A stretch of DNA of 33,810 nt, taken from the NCBI GenBank assembly GCA_000934665.2, contig JYFJ02004221.1, positions 1 to 33,810 of the forward strand, given 5' to 3'. Source of the stretch: Catajapyx aquilonaris (taxonomy: Eukaryota). A program made the translations under genes and the position numbers. The notes beneath the pieces were generated by a model. That model was not told the origin of the DNA, made no database searches, and was given only the letters and a program-made list of their open reading frames with translations. Shown here piece after piece: positions 12,149 through 22,298 of the stretch (position 1 is its first letter; each line of letters starts with the position of its first letter).

Positions 12149-12330
12149 AGGTGCGTTTACATGTGAGCGATTTGATCACGCGTTGTCATTGCCGAGCAGT
12201 GCATCCCTGAGTAACCAGTATTGTTTGAGGCGAAAATCGATTGTTACTTTCACCGCAATCAATATTGGTTACGCGGGTTACTCTGCGAAGCGCCGCTCAG
12301 CGATGAAATCGCTCACATACAAACGCACAT
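12149..12330. mobile_element. PIF/Harbinger-like MITE
   Basis: TIR AGGTGCGTTTACATGTGAGCGATTT / AAATCGCTCACATACAAACGCACAT, 3-bp TSD TGA. Confidence 0.75.
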
Positions 12331-12510
12331 TGATGCATCACCATAATTTTGACTGGACTGGCTTCAAGGTCACTGATGCTCTGTCAAAAGCAGGAGTCGA
12401 AATATTCGGATGCAAAGGTGCAATTTGCACTCTAAAATTGTTATCTGCATCCAAACTGAGCATGAAGTGTAAAGTTCTATTTGGTCCTACTTTTTTACAT
12501 GGCTGAACCC

Positions 12511-12902
12511 TAATCGGGAGGTCCAGGGATCGAATCCCCAGGCCGGCAACTCTGACTGTGGTTTTCTGTAGTTTCCCACGGTCACCCCAGGTGAATACCG
12601 GAGTTGTTTCCTAAATTAGTAGGCCACAGCCGCTTCCTGCCTTTCCTATCCCTGTCCCATACTGGAGGAGGTGCGGCGTTTGTGGGAGGTCTCTGACCCG
12701 CATCTAGAGGGTCGTCTTGTCAACATAGCCCTCTGAGGGACTGCACACGTCCTCCACTATGAGACATTGCACTTGCACCACTGTCCCCCCCTCTATCCCA
12801 GCACTGGAGAGTCAGAAAATGGTGGAAAAATCTCCCCCCTACATAGGCCAGAAGGCCTCAAGGGTGTAAATAAAAATAAAATAAAAATAAATAAAATAAA
12901 AA
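12511..12902 (+). mobile_element. 5'-truncated tRNA SINE, type A
   Basis: Starts mid-tRNA head (B box kept, A box lost); (TAAAA)n tail; 14-bp TSD ACATGGCTGAACCC (12497-12510 and 12903-12916). Confidence 0.9.
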
Positions 12903-12925
12903 ACATGGCTGAACCCAGTAATTAA

Positions 12926-13556
12926 CACTTAATCACCAACGTGGATCTGCCATACATTGGCTACGACGTGGGGTCTTTAAGGACCCCACGGAGTTTTCAT
13001 TTTTTAACAAATTTGACTTAATAGCACTAAAGTCATTCTTCCCTGCTAAATTCGGCCTGTATTATCATCTGTACGTGTAAAAAAAAACGATCTCCTGTGA
13101 CCATGAGTTGAGTCATAAGGGACTTGAGACTCCGTAATCGCACCTTCGTAGCCTTCCAGCTTGATGCCGTAAGTAATGGCTTATTTAACGTAAACATTCC
13201 CAGCTGCAGGGTCTGCAAGATTTTAGTTCCGAGAAATATTTATTGCTGAATAACAACACTCACACTTTATAAAATACAATTTTGCTGTGATGCGCTGTGA
13301 TGTGTTCTTTAAAAAAATATGTACATTGGCTACGACGTGGGGTATATCTGGACCCTACAGGGATGCTTAGCAGCATAAAAGTACCGGTAACTCGGCTAAA
13401 TAATTTTCTACTGATGTCAAAAATTTTCATTGGATCAAAGAAAGCATGTCTGAGGAATATAGGCCTGCCATTTTTCATTTCATATAAAATTTATTAATTG
13501 CGATGGTATTAACTACATTGTGGGGTCCAAAAAGACCCCACATTGGTGATTAAGTG
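12926..13556. mobile_element. piggyBac-like non-autonomous element
   Basis: TTAA|CACTTAATCACCAA ... TTGGTGATTAAGTG|TTAA; subterminal GGGGTC-n-GACCCC palindromes. Confidence 0.85.
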
Positions 13557-13689
13557 TTAAGAATTAAGCACTCCAAGTAAGTAATTTCCACTCCATATGA
13601 AAATCTGGAGTGCAAACTTTGCACCTGGACAAAAAATTTAAAATTCGACCCCTGCAAAAGTCAATAAAAAGTGGCATTTTAAATGCTAA

Positions 13690-13890
13690 CTAGAAAAACC
13701 CTCTCTACGCTCGTGTTTTTCTATGGCGCATGCATAGAAAACCACTCGCTTCACTGCTTTTTTCTAGGCCTGCGGCCTGCAGTGCCCACCATATTTTTAA
13801 TAGCGTAGGACTTATAGCCAGTGATGATGCCCATCCCCCAATCATGTGTGTACTCCCCAACCCCATCCGTTCCTCCATCCGTGACGAGTG
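13690..13890 (-). mobile_element. Helitron-like 3' end, copy 1
   Basis: Minus-strand CTAG|T end preceded by stem-loops; aligns with 16647-16850. Confidence 0.55.
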
Positions 13891-14402
13891 GCTGCATGGC
13901 CAGTTGCTGCCACTAAAAATGGCCACGTGTGAACCGGGCCTTAGTCTGAGTCCTTCTGTGATGAATGGCATTTAGTTTAAATTTTTTAGCAATTAGCATG
14001 GCCAGGAGAAAATAAATTATGCACTCACGAGTAGCTGGGGTCAAGACTGCATTCCAACAATGATTCACCTTCTGCTTTCCAGAGGGGAACCTGAGATTAT
14101 TGGTGGTGATTCATGAACATGGGGAAATCTATAGTTATTCTTAAATGAGACCAGCCTTTCTGCAACTTTTAAAAATAGTCAAACAACCCTGATTGTGGGC
14201 ACTTGGAAGTAAACTGGTTTGGCTTTGGAAATGCAGGGACATTGTGGCCCAAATTATGCATCAGTGCATAATTGATTTTTCCTGATCGTAATACAGTAAA
14301 ATCTCAATGATGGTCTTCAAGGGACTGCCCAAAAGTAGCATTATAAGCAGGAATTCATTACATTCAGGAAATGCTATTTAATTCATCATTTACTCAGAAA
14401 AT

Positions 14403-15130
14403 CAGGGTGACCAGCGATCAGGGAACACAGGGAAAACGCAGGGAAATTGGAAATGAGCCGGTAGACAGGGAAAATACAAGGAAATTCGTGTCAATGACTC
14501 AAAATATGCCAAAATTACACTAGGCAACAAAATTGAAATTTTGTTGCCTGACAAATTTGTTGATCTGGAAGGATATTTTGATGTTGTTTCTTTATTAAAT
14601 TTGGTGTGAGAAATCAAATCCAATCCATTGTTGTGGTTTCTTTGGGATCAATATTTTTCTAGTTTTCTTAAATTTTGTGAAAGTTACACAGAGGTTCGGA
14701 AAAATACAGCTGGCTTTCCTCCTTGACGTGAAGACATACCAAAATGCCACCCAAACATTCCATACGCAACATTCCAATCCATTGTACACTCTCCGGCATC
14801 CTTCCAGGCACATATTTATAGTGGGTGACTGAACGTGGGAAAGAATATTAATAGCCTCAGAAGAAGAGATTTTGTCTCTTTTTAGGTCATTATCAGTGGA
14901 ATTATTTTTTTCTCGGATTTCCACTGGTAGATGGCCATATAGTAATTTTTCCCCAAAGGCTGTGATAGGTAAGTAGAGCTATGACTGTCATGAGGCTCAT
15001 CAATGTGGTATGAGAGTGACAGCCCTATGTGTATCACGTAGGGCCACCCCGCGATCAAAGATGGCTTGGGCGGCCACAGCCCTACCGCTCAGCCTCCCTT
15101 GTAACTCCCGCATTGTGCTCCTTTTTGCAA

Positions 15131-15188
<58 letters not shown>

Positions 15189-15711
15189 GGGGTAGTGCTT
15201 GACCTTACGGTATGCAGCAAGGACCTTTATTGTGTCATCGTACATTTTTGGAACCTTTTTGCGAAGTGCCCGGGCCCATGGGCAGGATGAGAGGAGGGGA
15301 TGTGCAAGGTGCAGTGCAATGTCATTGCTGTGGTTATTTGTGAACTCCCACGGGTGGTTTGTCTTAACGGAAATGCCACCCGAGACGAAGCCAGAGATGA
15401 CCCCGAACTCTGCACGAGATGAAGGGGAGAACCCCGGGCTGGGATCAAACCCGGTACCTTAGCATCCGTGGGCGCATAATTACCCCAGCGCCACTCCTCC
15501 CCCCTACCTTTTTGCAAATATGGGAAAGAGGTAACAAGGAAGATGGGATGAAGCCATGATTTGTGCGTGTATTTCTGACGTGAATCACTGCTGATTGGCT
15601 TTAAAATGCCTTTTCAAATGAAAATAATTGGGAAAAAGAGGCAGGGAAAAAGTCAGTGAAGACACAGGGAAACACAGGGAAATTGTATTTTAGTCACTGT
15701 TGGTCACCCTG
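14403..15711. mobile_element. CAGGGTGACCA-ended DNA element with 5-bp TSD
   Basis: TIR CAGGGTGACCA / TGGTCACCCTG, many subterminal CAGGGAAA repeats, AAAAT on both flanks. Confidence 0.85.
15135..15506 (-). mobile_element. tRNA-derived SINE, type C, with (ATT)n tail
   Basis: Perfect 15-bp TSD CCTTTTTGCAAATAT (15120-15134 and 15507-15521); B box GGTTTGATCCC; tail is the (AAT)n run at about 15135-15186. Confidence 0.9.
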
Positions 15712-16328
15712 AAAATGAATGCCTTAACTGTCGTATGTAGATGGATGCCTATAAACCACATTGACCTGACCTGCTCACATACTGTACCACATAGACCCCG
15801 AAAATATCCCCTGAAGAATCCAAAATAATAGTGACTGACCAGGGTCGTAGTTCACATGTGCAACTCTTGGTCCACCATCTTACACCACCTCACAATGACC
15901 CTCATAACTCCAAGGTGTATGGGGGGAAAAATGCCCTGCTATTCATTGGTTGTCAATTTATTGCTCATCGCTCCCATACTCTCAACCTGAAGGCCGCTGC
16001 CACACAGTACACACAATGCGACTTATGCAGGATAAGTGTCTGGGGCCCAGGGAAACTGATGGTATATGTGGGAAAGTGTTATAAGTGGGAAGTGTTATTG
16101 GGAAAATATATACCATTGGGGGCTGATCAAGGGACCAGATAAAAAGGGCATCAAAAGCGGGATAGCATTATATGTGGGAGTGTTAAATTGGGGTTTTACT
16201 GTATTTGCTTAAAAAACCGGAAATGAAATTTTATTTATCGAAGAAGGAATCAAGCCATGATTTTCTCAAAGATAAAGCCAAAAATAATATGCTATATTTC
16301 CCATATTACAACAAAAAAATGTGACTTG

Positions 16329-16455
16329 GGGCCGGTTTCACCAAGCCCAGTTTTGATAAAAACTCCGGCTGTTTCGGAAAATCCCTGCAAATAGAATAGG
16401 GATTTTCCGAAAGAACCGGGGTTTTTATTAAAACTGGGCTTGGTGAAACCGGCCC
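16329..16455. mobile_element. PIF/Tourist-like MITE
   Basis: TIR GGGCCGGTTTCACCAAGC; same family as 18276-18402. Confidence 0.85.
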
Positions 16456-16646
16456 TAAGTCACAAAAGTGCCCATGTCACCGTCGCAGGGTTAATGAGTA
16501 TCACTATGGAACATATGAGCATGCAACTACCACAGGTAACCGAGTATAGTTTATTAGTTGTTGATTTGCCCCAATGTGTCCTTACTGACTTTATGTGGAA
16601 GACATCTCTTACATCTGCCCAATAAATGAATCCTTTTAAATAACCA

Positions 16647-16850
16647 CTAGGAAAGCCCTCGCTCCACTCGCATTTTCCTAGGGCGCTGGCCTAGAAAACC
16701 ACTCGCTTCGCTCGCTCTTTTCTAGGCCTGCGGCCTACAGTGCCCACCATATTTTCAATCGCTTCGGACTTGTTACCAGTGATGATGCCAATCATATTCA
16801 AACCCCCCACCCCCACCCGTTCCTCCGTGCATTCACATATCCGTGATTCC
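16647..16850 (-). mobile_element. Helitron-like 3' end, copy 2
   Basis: CTAG|T end, CTCGCTTCGCTCG hairpin unit; aligns with 13690-13890. Confidence 0.55.
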
Positions 16851-17353
16851 CTATACCCTGCGACCAATCTGGAATCCCACCTTTGCATTGGCTGGGAAAT
16901 ATGCATTTGCCAACATCAACATACCTTTGCAATTTTTAAAAAACCAAATTTATTATTGTATGAACATAAATTCACAACCTCTACCGCTTCTACTCGTATG
17001 CACTCGCACACATATATCTAAATAATTATATGCACCCTTTCTGACCGCGTTTTCCTAACTGCTCATGACTTCCCTTTTATTATAAACAGCCAATGGAACT
17101 TGGCAGTGATTGTATTAGATCAGTGTTTCCCAACCTGGGGGTCGCGAAGCCTTCGTCTCCGTGGGGGTCGAGGGTGGCCGTGATTATTTTTATAAATTAA
17201 AAATAACTACAATTTAAAAAATAATATTAGATGATCAAAAACTGGTTTAATTCTTCCCGCCACTTTCTTTTGACGTTCTCGGCCTATCCCCGGGTTCAGT
17301 GTTGAATATCGCGGCTAATCCTGCTTGCCAACTCTTCCCACTGGGGATGCCAG

Positions 17354-17586
17354 TACTGCCGTCAGATGTGAGAGGACCGTAACTCAATATTCACTTCCCT
17401 TGCGGCGAGAAAAGAAAGGAAGTGTTACCGAAAGCATCCAAGAGGTGGCGTTGGGGGAAGGGGGAAAAAGGAACTGCATCCCAAATCCACCTGTTGGGTG
17501 CTTTTGGTACCACTGCTTTTTTTCTCGCCGCAAGGGGAAGTGGACATTGAGTTACGGTCTTCTCATCTCTCTCGACGGGAGCAGTA
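17354..17586. mobile_element. Fold-back MITE, arms about 105 bp
   Basis: GACCGTAACTCAAT...TTGCGGCGAGAAAA mirrored by TTTTCTCGCCGCAA...ATTGAGTTACGGTC. Confidence 0.75.
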
Positions 17587-18258
17587 AGGACCTCGTTTAA
17601 AAAAACTGAAATTATTTTACTTTGTTAATAAACGTCCATGGAGTTATTGGCACCACTGATAAACAACAGATTTTGACCTTGGCCAATGTTCGGTTCGGTT
17701 TGTTTACGGCACGTTCCATTCCCCCCTCCTCTCCCCCTCCCCTGTTGTGAGGTCACCGTGAAGACGTGGGTGGAGGAAGGCGGAAGGTTGGAGGGGTCTT
17801 CGCGGGAGAGGAGAATGATGCGTCCTCGTTGACGTCCAGCAAGCGACTGTGGCGTTCTTCCACCCATTGCGCATGCTTGGAAGGGGGGCCAATCGGAGGC
17901 GTCATGGTAACAATATGTCCAGGGAACAATGAACGGGGGCCAATAGGAAGCGGTGGCGGGAACAATATGGGGGTGGACCAATCAGAGGGCTCGGCCAAGC
18001 AACGCAAGCATTTTAATATTATAGAAGTTGTATTTAGTTATTGATTATTCCATAATACATATTTAAAACTTTACAACGACTTCCCTGAAAGTCAAAAGAA
18101 ATGTGCCACATGGATGTTAAAATACTTGCATAGTAACAGTCAGAGGTAAATTGCAGTGTGTAACAATGACAGGCACAGTGTGTAACTGGTGTGACTGCTA
18201 TGCCCAAAACTCTTGCAGGAAAGATACTACCTGAAACTGAAATGTAGCAATTCAAGTA

Positions 18259-18974
18259 CAGCAAAACTTCTATAAGGGCCGGTTTCACCAAGCTCAGTAT
18301 ATGATAAAACCACGGTTCTTTCTCAAAATCCCTATCTATTTGTATGGGATATTCCTAAAGAAACCTGGTTTTATCATATACCAAGCTCGGTGAAACCGGC
18401 CCTAAGTCGAAGAAAATTATGAGCTTTGTTGGTCACAATGTAAAATAACAGGAAATAAAGTTCCCTAACTCGAATTTCTATAACTCGAAGTTCTCCATAA
18501 CTCGAAGTGCAGGCAGGGCCTTACGATGGGATATCAATGCATTTTCAGTCTCCCTAAGTCCAAGTTCATGTTTACGAGTATGGAAAATGTTCTCATTTCC
18601 CAGACGAAGGGTCGAGAGTATAGGCTACATTACAGAAAGGCTCTTTCCTGATCTCCGTCTACCAGTAATAACTCTTTCCATCCACACTGGGCCCTTGATT
18701 GAATCCTTTATTAAGAGTGAGGGCTGATCTAAGAGTAGGCAAATGTCCATAACATACCAGTAGTTGTTTTTTTAACTGCAAAACATGAGGAACATTGTAG
18801 TGTGATAGTGACAGTTATTTTTAAGTTTTGAACACCTTTCGTCGCTGGATGTAGAGGTAGGCTTCCTTATAGAGTTATGTGCTTTAAAAAATCCAAACTT
18901 CTCTAACTCGAATCTTCTATAACTCGAAGTTTTTTTCAGGTCCCATGGACATTCGACTTATGGAAGTTTTACTG
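18259..18974. mobile_element. pogo/Tigger-like MITE
   Basis: TA|CAGCAAAACTTCTATAA[insert]GTCGAA ... TTCGACTTATGGAAGTTTTACTG|TA; internal TAACTCGAA repeats. Confidence 0.85.
18276..18402. mobile_element. PIF/Tourist-like MITE inserted in the Tigger TIR
   Basis: TAA|GGGCCGGTTTCACC ... GGTGAAACCGGCCC|TAA. Confidence 0.9.
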
Positions 18975-18991
18975 TATTTTAAAATAATTGT

Positions 18992-19530
18992 AACAACAAC
19001 AACAACAACAACAATAATCCTGGGTAGTGCTTGGGGCGGGTATATGGCACGGACCTTTATTCACTGTTTTTTAGTACTATTAACCGCTAAAGTAATATCG
19101 CACTGTTATGTGATGGTGTCCGCGAATTGTTGTTTAGCATGGGCTTTGCCAAGTTACGGATGTTAATTTGGCAATATTCCGGAATCCACAACCCATGCTA
19201 AACAACAAGTCGCGGATGCCATCACATAACAATGCGACATTACTTTTGTGGTTAATAGTACATCATCGGAACCTTTGTACGAAACGCTCGGGTCCACGGG
19301 CAGGGCGGATGGGAGGGGATGTGCAATGGGCAGTGCAATGTCTTTGCTGTGTCCATTTTGTTAACTCCCCCTCGTGGCTAGTCTACATGAATCCCACCCG
19401 AGAAAAAGCTAGAGACGACCGCAACTCGGCACAAGATGAAGGGGGGAATGGCCGGGCTTGAGATTGAACCTGGGATCCTTACATCCATGGGCGCATAATT
19501 ATGTTACCTCAGCGCCACTCTGCCTCCCCT
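18992..19530 (-). mobile_element. tRNA SINE, type C, with (GTT)n tail, interrupted by a MITE
   Basis: Aligns with 15187-15506; (AAC)n run at about 18992-19013. Confidence 0.85.
19077..19258. mobile_element. TA-targeting fold-back MITE
   Basis: Arms about 67 bp, CTATTAACC...GGTTAATAG, TA on both flanks; the empty GTAC site is visible in the sister SINE near 15240. Confidence 0.85.
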
Positions 19531-19567
19531 ATTTTTAAATGATAAATATTATTTATGTCCCTAAGAG

Positions 19568-20046
19568 ACCGAAGCAGGTTGGTGGAGTGGATATGGCGTC
19601 CGACTGCTAATCAGGAAGTCCTAGGTTCGAGTCCCGGGGCCAGCGATCCTGAACGTGGTTTTCTGTGGTTTCCCACGGCCCTCCCAGGAAAATTCTGGGG
19701 TCGCTTTCGTAAATAATAGGCCACAGCCGCCCCTTTCCTATCCTTGACCCATCCATGGGGAGATGCGGTGTCGGTGAGGGGGGTTTCTGACCCGCACCTA
19801 GCCCCCTAGGTGCGGGTCAGAAACCCTTGCAACCTGACCCCCTGGGGGACTGCGCATGACCCCCAACATTAAGACGACGCACTTGCACCAAGTGTCCCGT
19901 CCTCACAAATCCCTCTCCTGATCCCTGCACTGGAGAGAAAAATGCGAAAGAAAAATTCGTAAGAAAAGATGGTGGTAATCCACCCCCCTAAAAGGGCTTC
20001 GTTCCCTCCAATGGGGGTTTAAAAAAACAAAAAAACAAACAACCAA
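19568..20046 (+). mobile_element. Full-length tRNA SINE, type A
   Basis: A box TGGTGGAGTGG, B box GGTTCGAGTCC, A-rich tail, TSD ATGTCCCTAAGAG / ATGTTCCTAAGAG. Confidence 0.9.
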
Positions 20047-20807
20047 ATGTTCCTAAGAGGTGGTTGCAATGTGCAGAAATTTTTACAGCAATGGTAGATG
20101 AGACCCAATTTTTATTTGTTTATTAAAAGTGGCATTTAATGACTTTGAAATAAATATCATGTGTTCAGAGGATGAAGCAAAACAATACGGGTAGTACCCG
20201 TTATATGCCAGTAATTGGTTCCAGCATAATGTTGCATAAAGTGAAAAGGCGTAAAATGAGGAGAAATTATCATGCAAGTAAATGAGATAGGTTCCAAGAT
20301 TTCCAAAATTTTCCCTCAAACAGTACTTAAATTGAAGGGTGCAGTACAAGAGGGGCACGAGTCAAAAAATCCAACTTTTCAGGGGACCCAAAAAAACTGA
20401 ACCACTATAACCTGCTATGTAGGGTATTTAACAGACTTCGGAGAGTGCCGAGACCTACAATACAGTACTGTATTTATCGATAGGCCCCGCAACAAGGCAC
20501 CGCAAAAAAAAACGTAAGAGCATTTATGGTCGTGTGTTTGGACTCAGAAGTGTTGCAGTGATGTGTTTGTGTTCAGATTGTGTTGTTATCATCAAGTTGG
20601 GCGAGTAAGGAAAAAAAACTGCACTTTTAATATGAGGAGAACACCAAACTTGGCATACATCATGTCCACACCTATTGTCAACGTTTAGGAAGGGGAGCCA
20701 CCTGCTACCTATCCCCAAAACAAAATGGCGGTCATGTTTCCAAAAATGGCCGCCTTTATATTTAAATTTCCTTCATTACCTGAATATATGCAAGTTAGGT
20801 GTCTAAT

Positions 20808-22285
20808 TATATGTTTGTATGGATGCTGGATTCAATGAAAGGCTCTAAATCGTAGTCGGAAGTCCATAGAATGAGATATTAAACATGGCGATCAAAATGG
20901 CCGCCGTATAGCCTCACCTAGTCAGATTGGTGCAACTCTTGCTATTGGCGCACAGTAGGGCGGCTCGAAAAACACTTTTTTTCGAAAGTTGTAGTTCGCT
21001 AGTGAAAAAAAGTTGTGTTGGGCGATCCTTTTGACAGGTAAAATATCTGAGTCATGTGGGTTAATATCATACGGCTCCGCCAGGGGCGTAAGTGACGCAA
21101 CTTCCGGGTTTTCGTTTTTTGGTGTGCGAGTACACTTACCCGGGCTAAACATGAAAGGTTGTGGCCCCTTTGGGCGTGAAATGTTGTTATTTTTGCGATA
21201 TCTTGCACCGTTGCGTTGACGAGATATTGACCAAAACCCCAGGTTCAAAAATTACACGGTTCTTCAAACAAAAAACAAAAAAACACTCTAATTAGCTCTT
21301 TTGAAACCTCTTTTGTGCTTTTTATGGATTTTGGGGTGCTGAATCCGAATCCGGCAACAGATTTGCTCTATCACGTACAGTTTTAGAGATATATCGTTTT
21401 AAAACTTTGGACGGTTTACTAGGGGTCTTTCCGAATCAAGTGGGCCTAATGTTGCTAGACTGCCTCGGATCTTGGTGAAAATAATCGCAGATGTACTCAT
21501 CTATTCCTTAATGCTGCCTATAAAAATTCAATCATATTGCTCAATACTATGATGAGGGGAAAACTGACAAACATCTGGAAATGGCTGAGAATGAGGCCTT
21601 TTTTGGATAACTTTTTTTCCGGTTAGTGCAAGTGGTCAAAACCAAATGATTGAATTATAGGCAGCATTAAGGAATATATTAGTACATCTGCGATTATTTT
21701 CACCAAGATCCGAGGCGGTCTAGCAACATCAGGCCCACTTGATTCGGAAAGACCCCTAGTAAACCGTCCAAGGTTTTAAAACGATATATCTCTAAAACTG
21801 TACGTGATAGAGCAAATCTGTTGCCGGATTCGGATTCAGCACCCCAAAATCCATAAAAAGCACAAAGTCAATATCTCGTCAACGGTGCATGATATCGCAA
21901 AAATAACGACATTTCACGCCCAAAGGGGCCACAACCTTTCATGTTTAGCCCGGGTAAGTGTACTCGCACACCAAAAAACGAAAACCCGGAAGTTGCGTCA
22001 CTTACGCCCCTGGCGGAGCCGTATGATATTAACCCACATGACTCAGATATTTTACCTGTCAAAAGGATCGCCCAACACAACTTTTTTTCACTAGCGAACT
22101 ACAACTTTCGAAAAAAAGTGTTTTTCGAGCCGCCCTACTGTGCGCCAATTGCAAGAGTTGCACCAATCTGACTAGGTGAGGCTATACGGCGGCCATTTTT
22201 ATCGCCATGTTTAATATCTCATTCTATGGACTTCCGACAACGATTTAGAGCCTTTCATTGAATCCAGCATCCATACAAACATATA
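20808..22285. repeat. Near-perfect palindrome of about 1.48 kb
   Basis: Left arm 20808-21231 plus about 21311-21535, right arm 21646-22285, 110-bp spacer; mirror ORFs 20922..21248(-) and 21941..22171(+). Confidence 0.95.
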
Positions 22286-22298
22286 CCGGTAATTGAAC

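Larger units (their letters stand above)
12391..13654. mobile_element. CAG-ended DNA element with 6-bp TSD, hosting a SINE and a piggyBac-like element
   Basis: CAGGAGTCGAA / TTCGACCCCTG; CAAAAG at 12385-12390 and 13655-13660. Confidence 0.7.
14294..16201. mobile_element. pogo/Tigger-like element (outer shell of a nest)
   Basis: TA|CAGTAAAATCTCAAT ... ATTGGGGTTTTACTG|TA. Confidence 0.6.

Noticed and set aside
15000..15245. Poly-Ile ORFs on both strands
   Set aside because: Translation of the (AAT)n SINE tail
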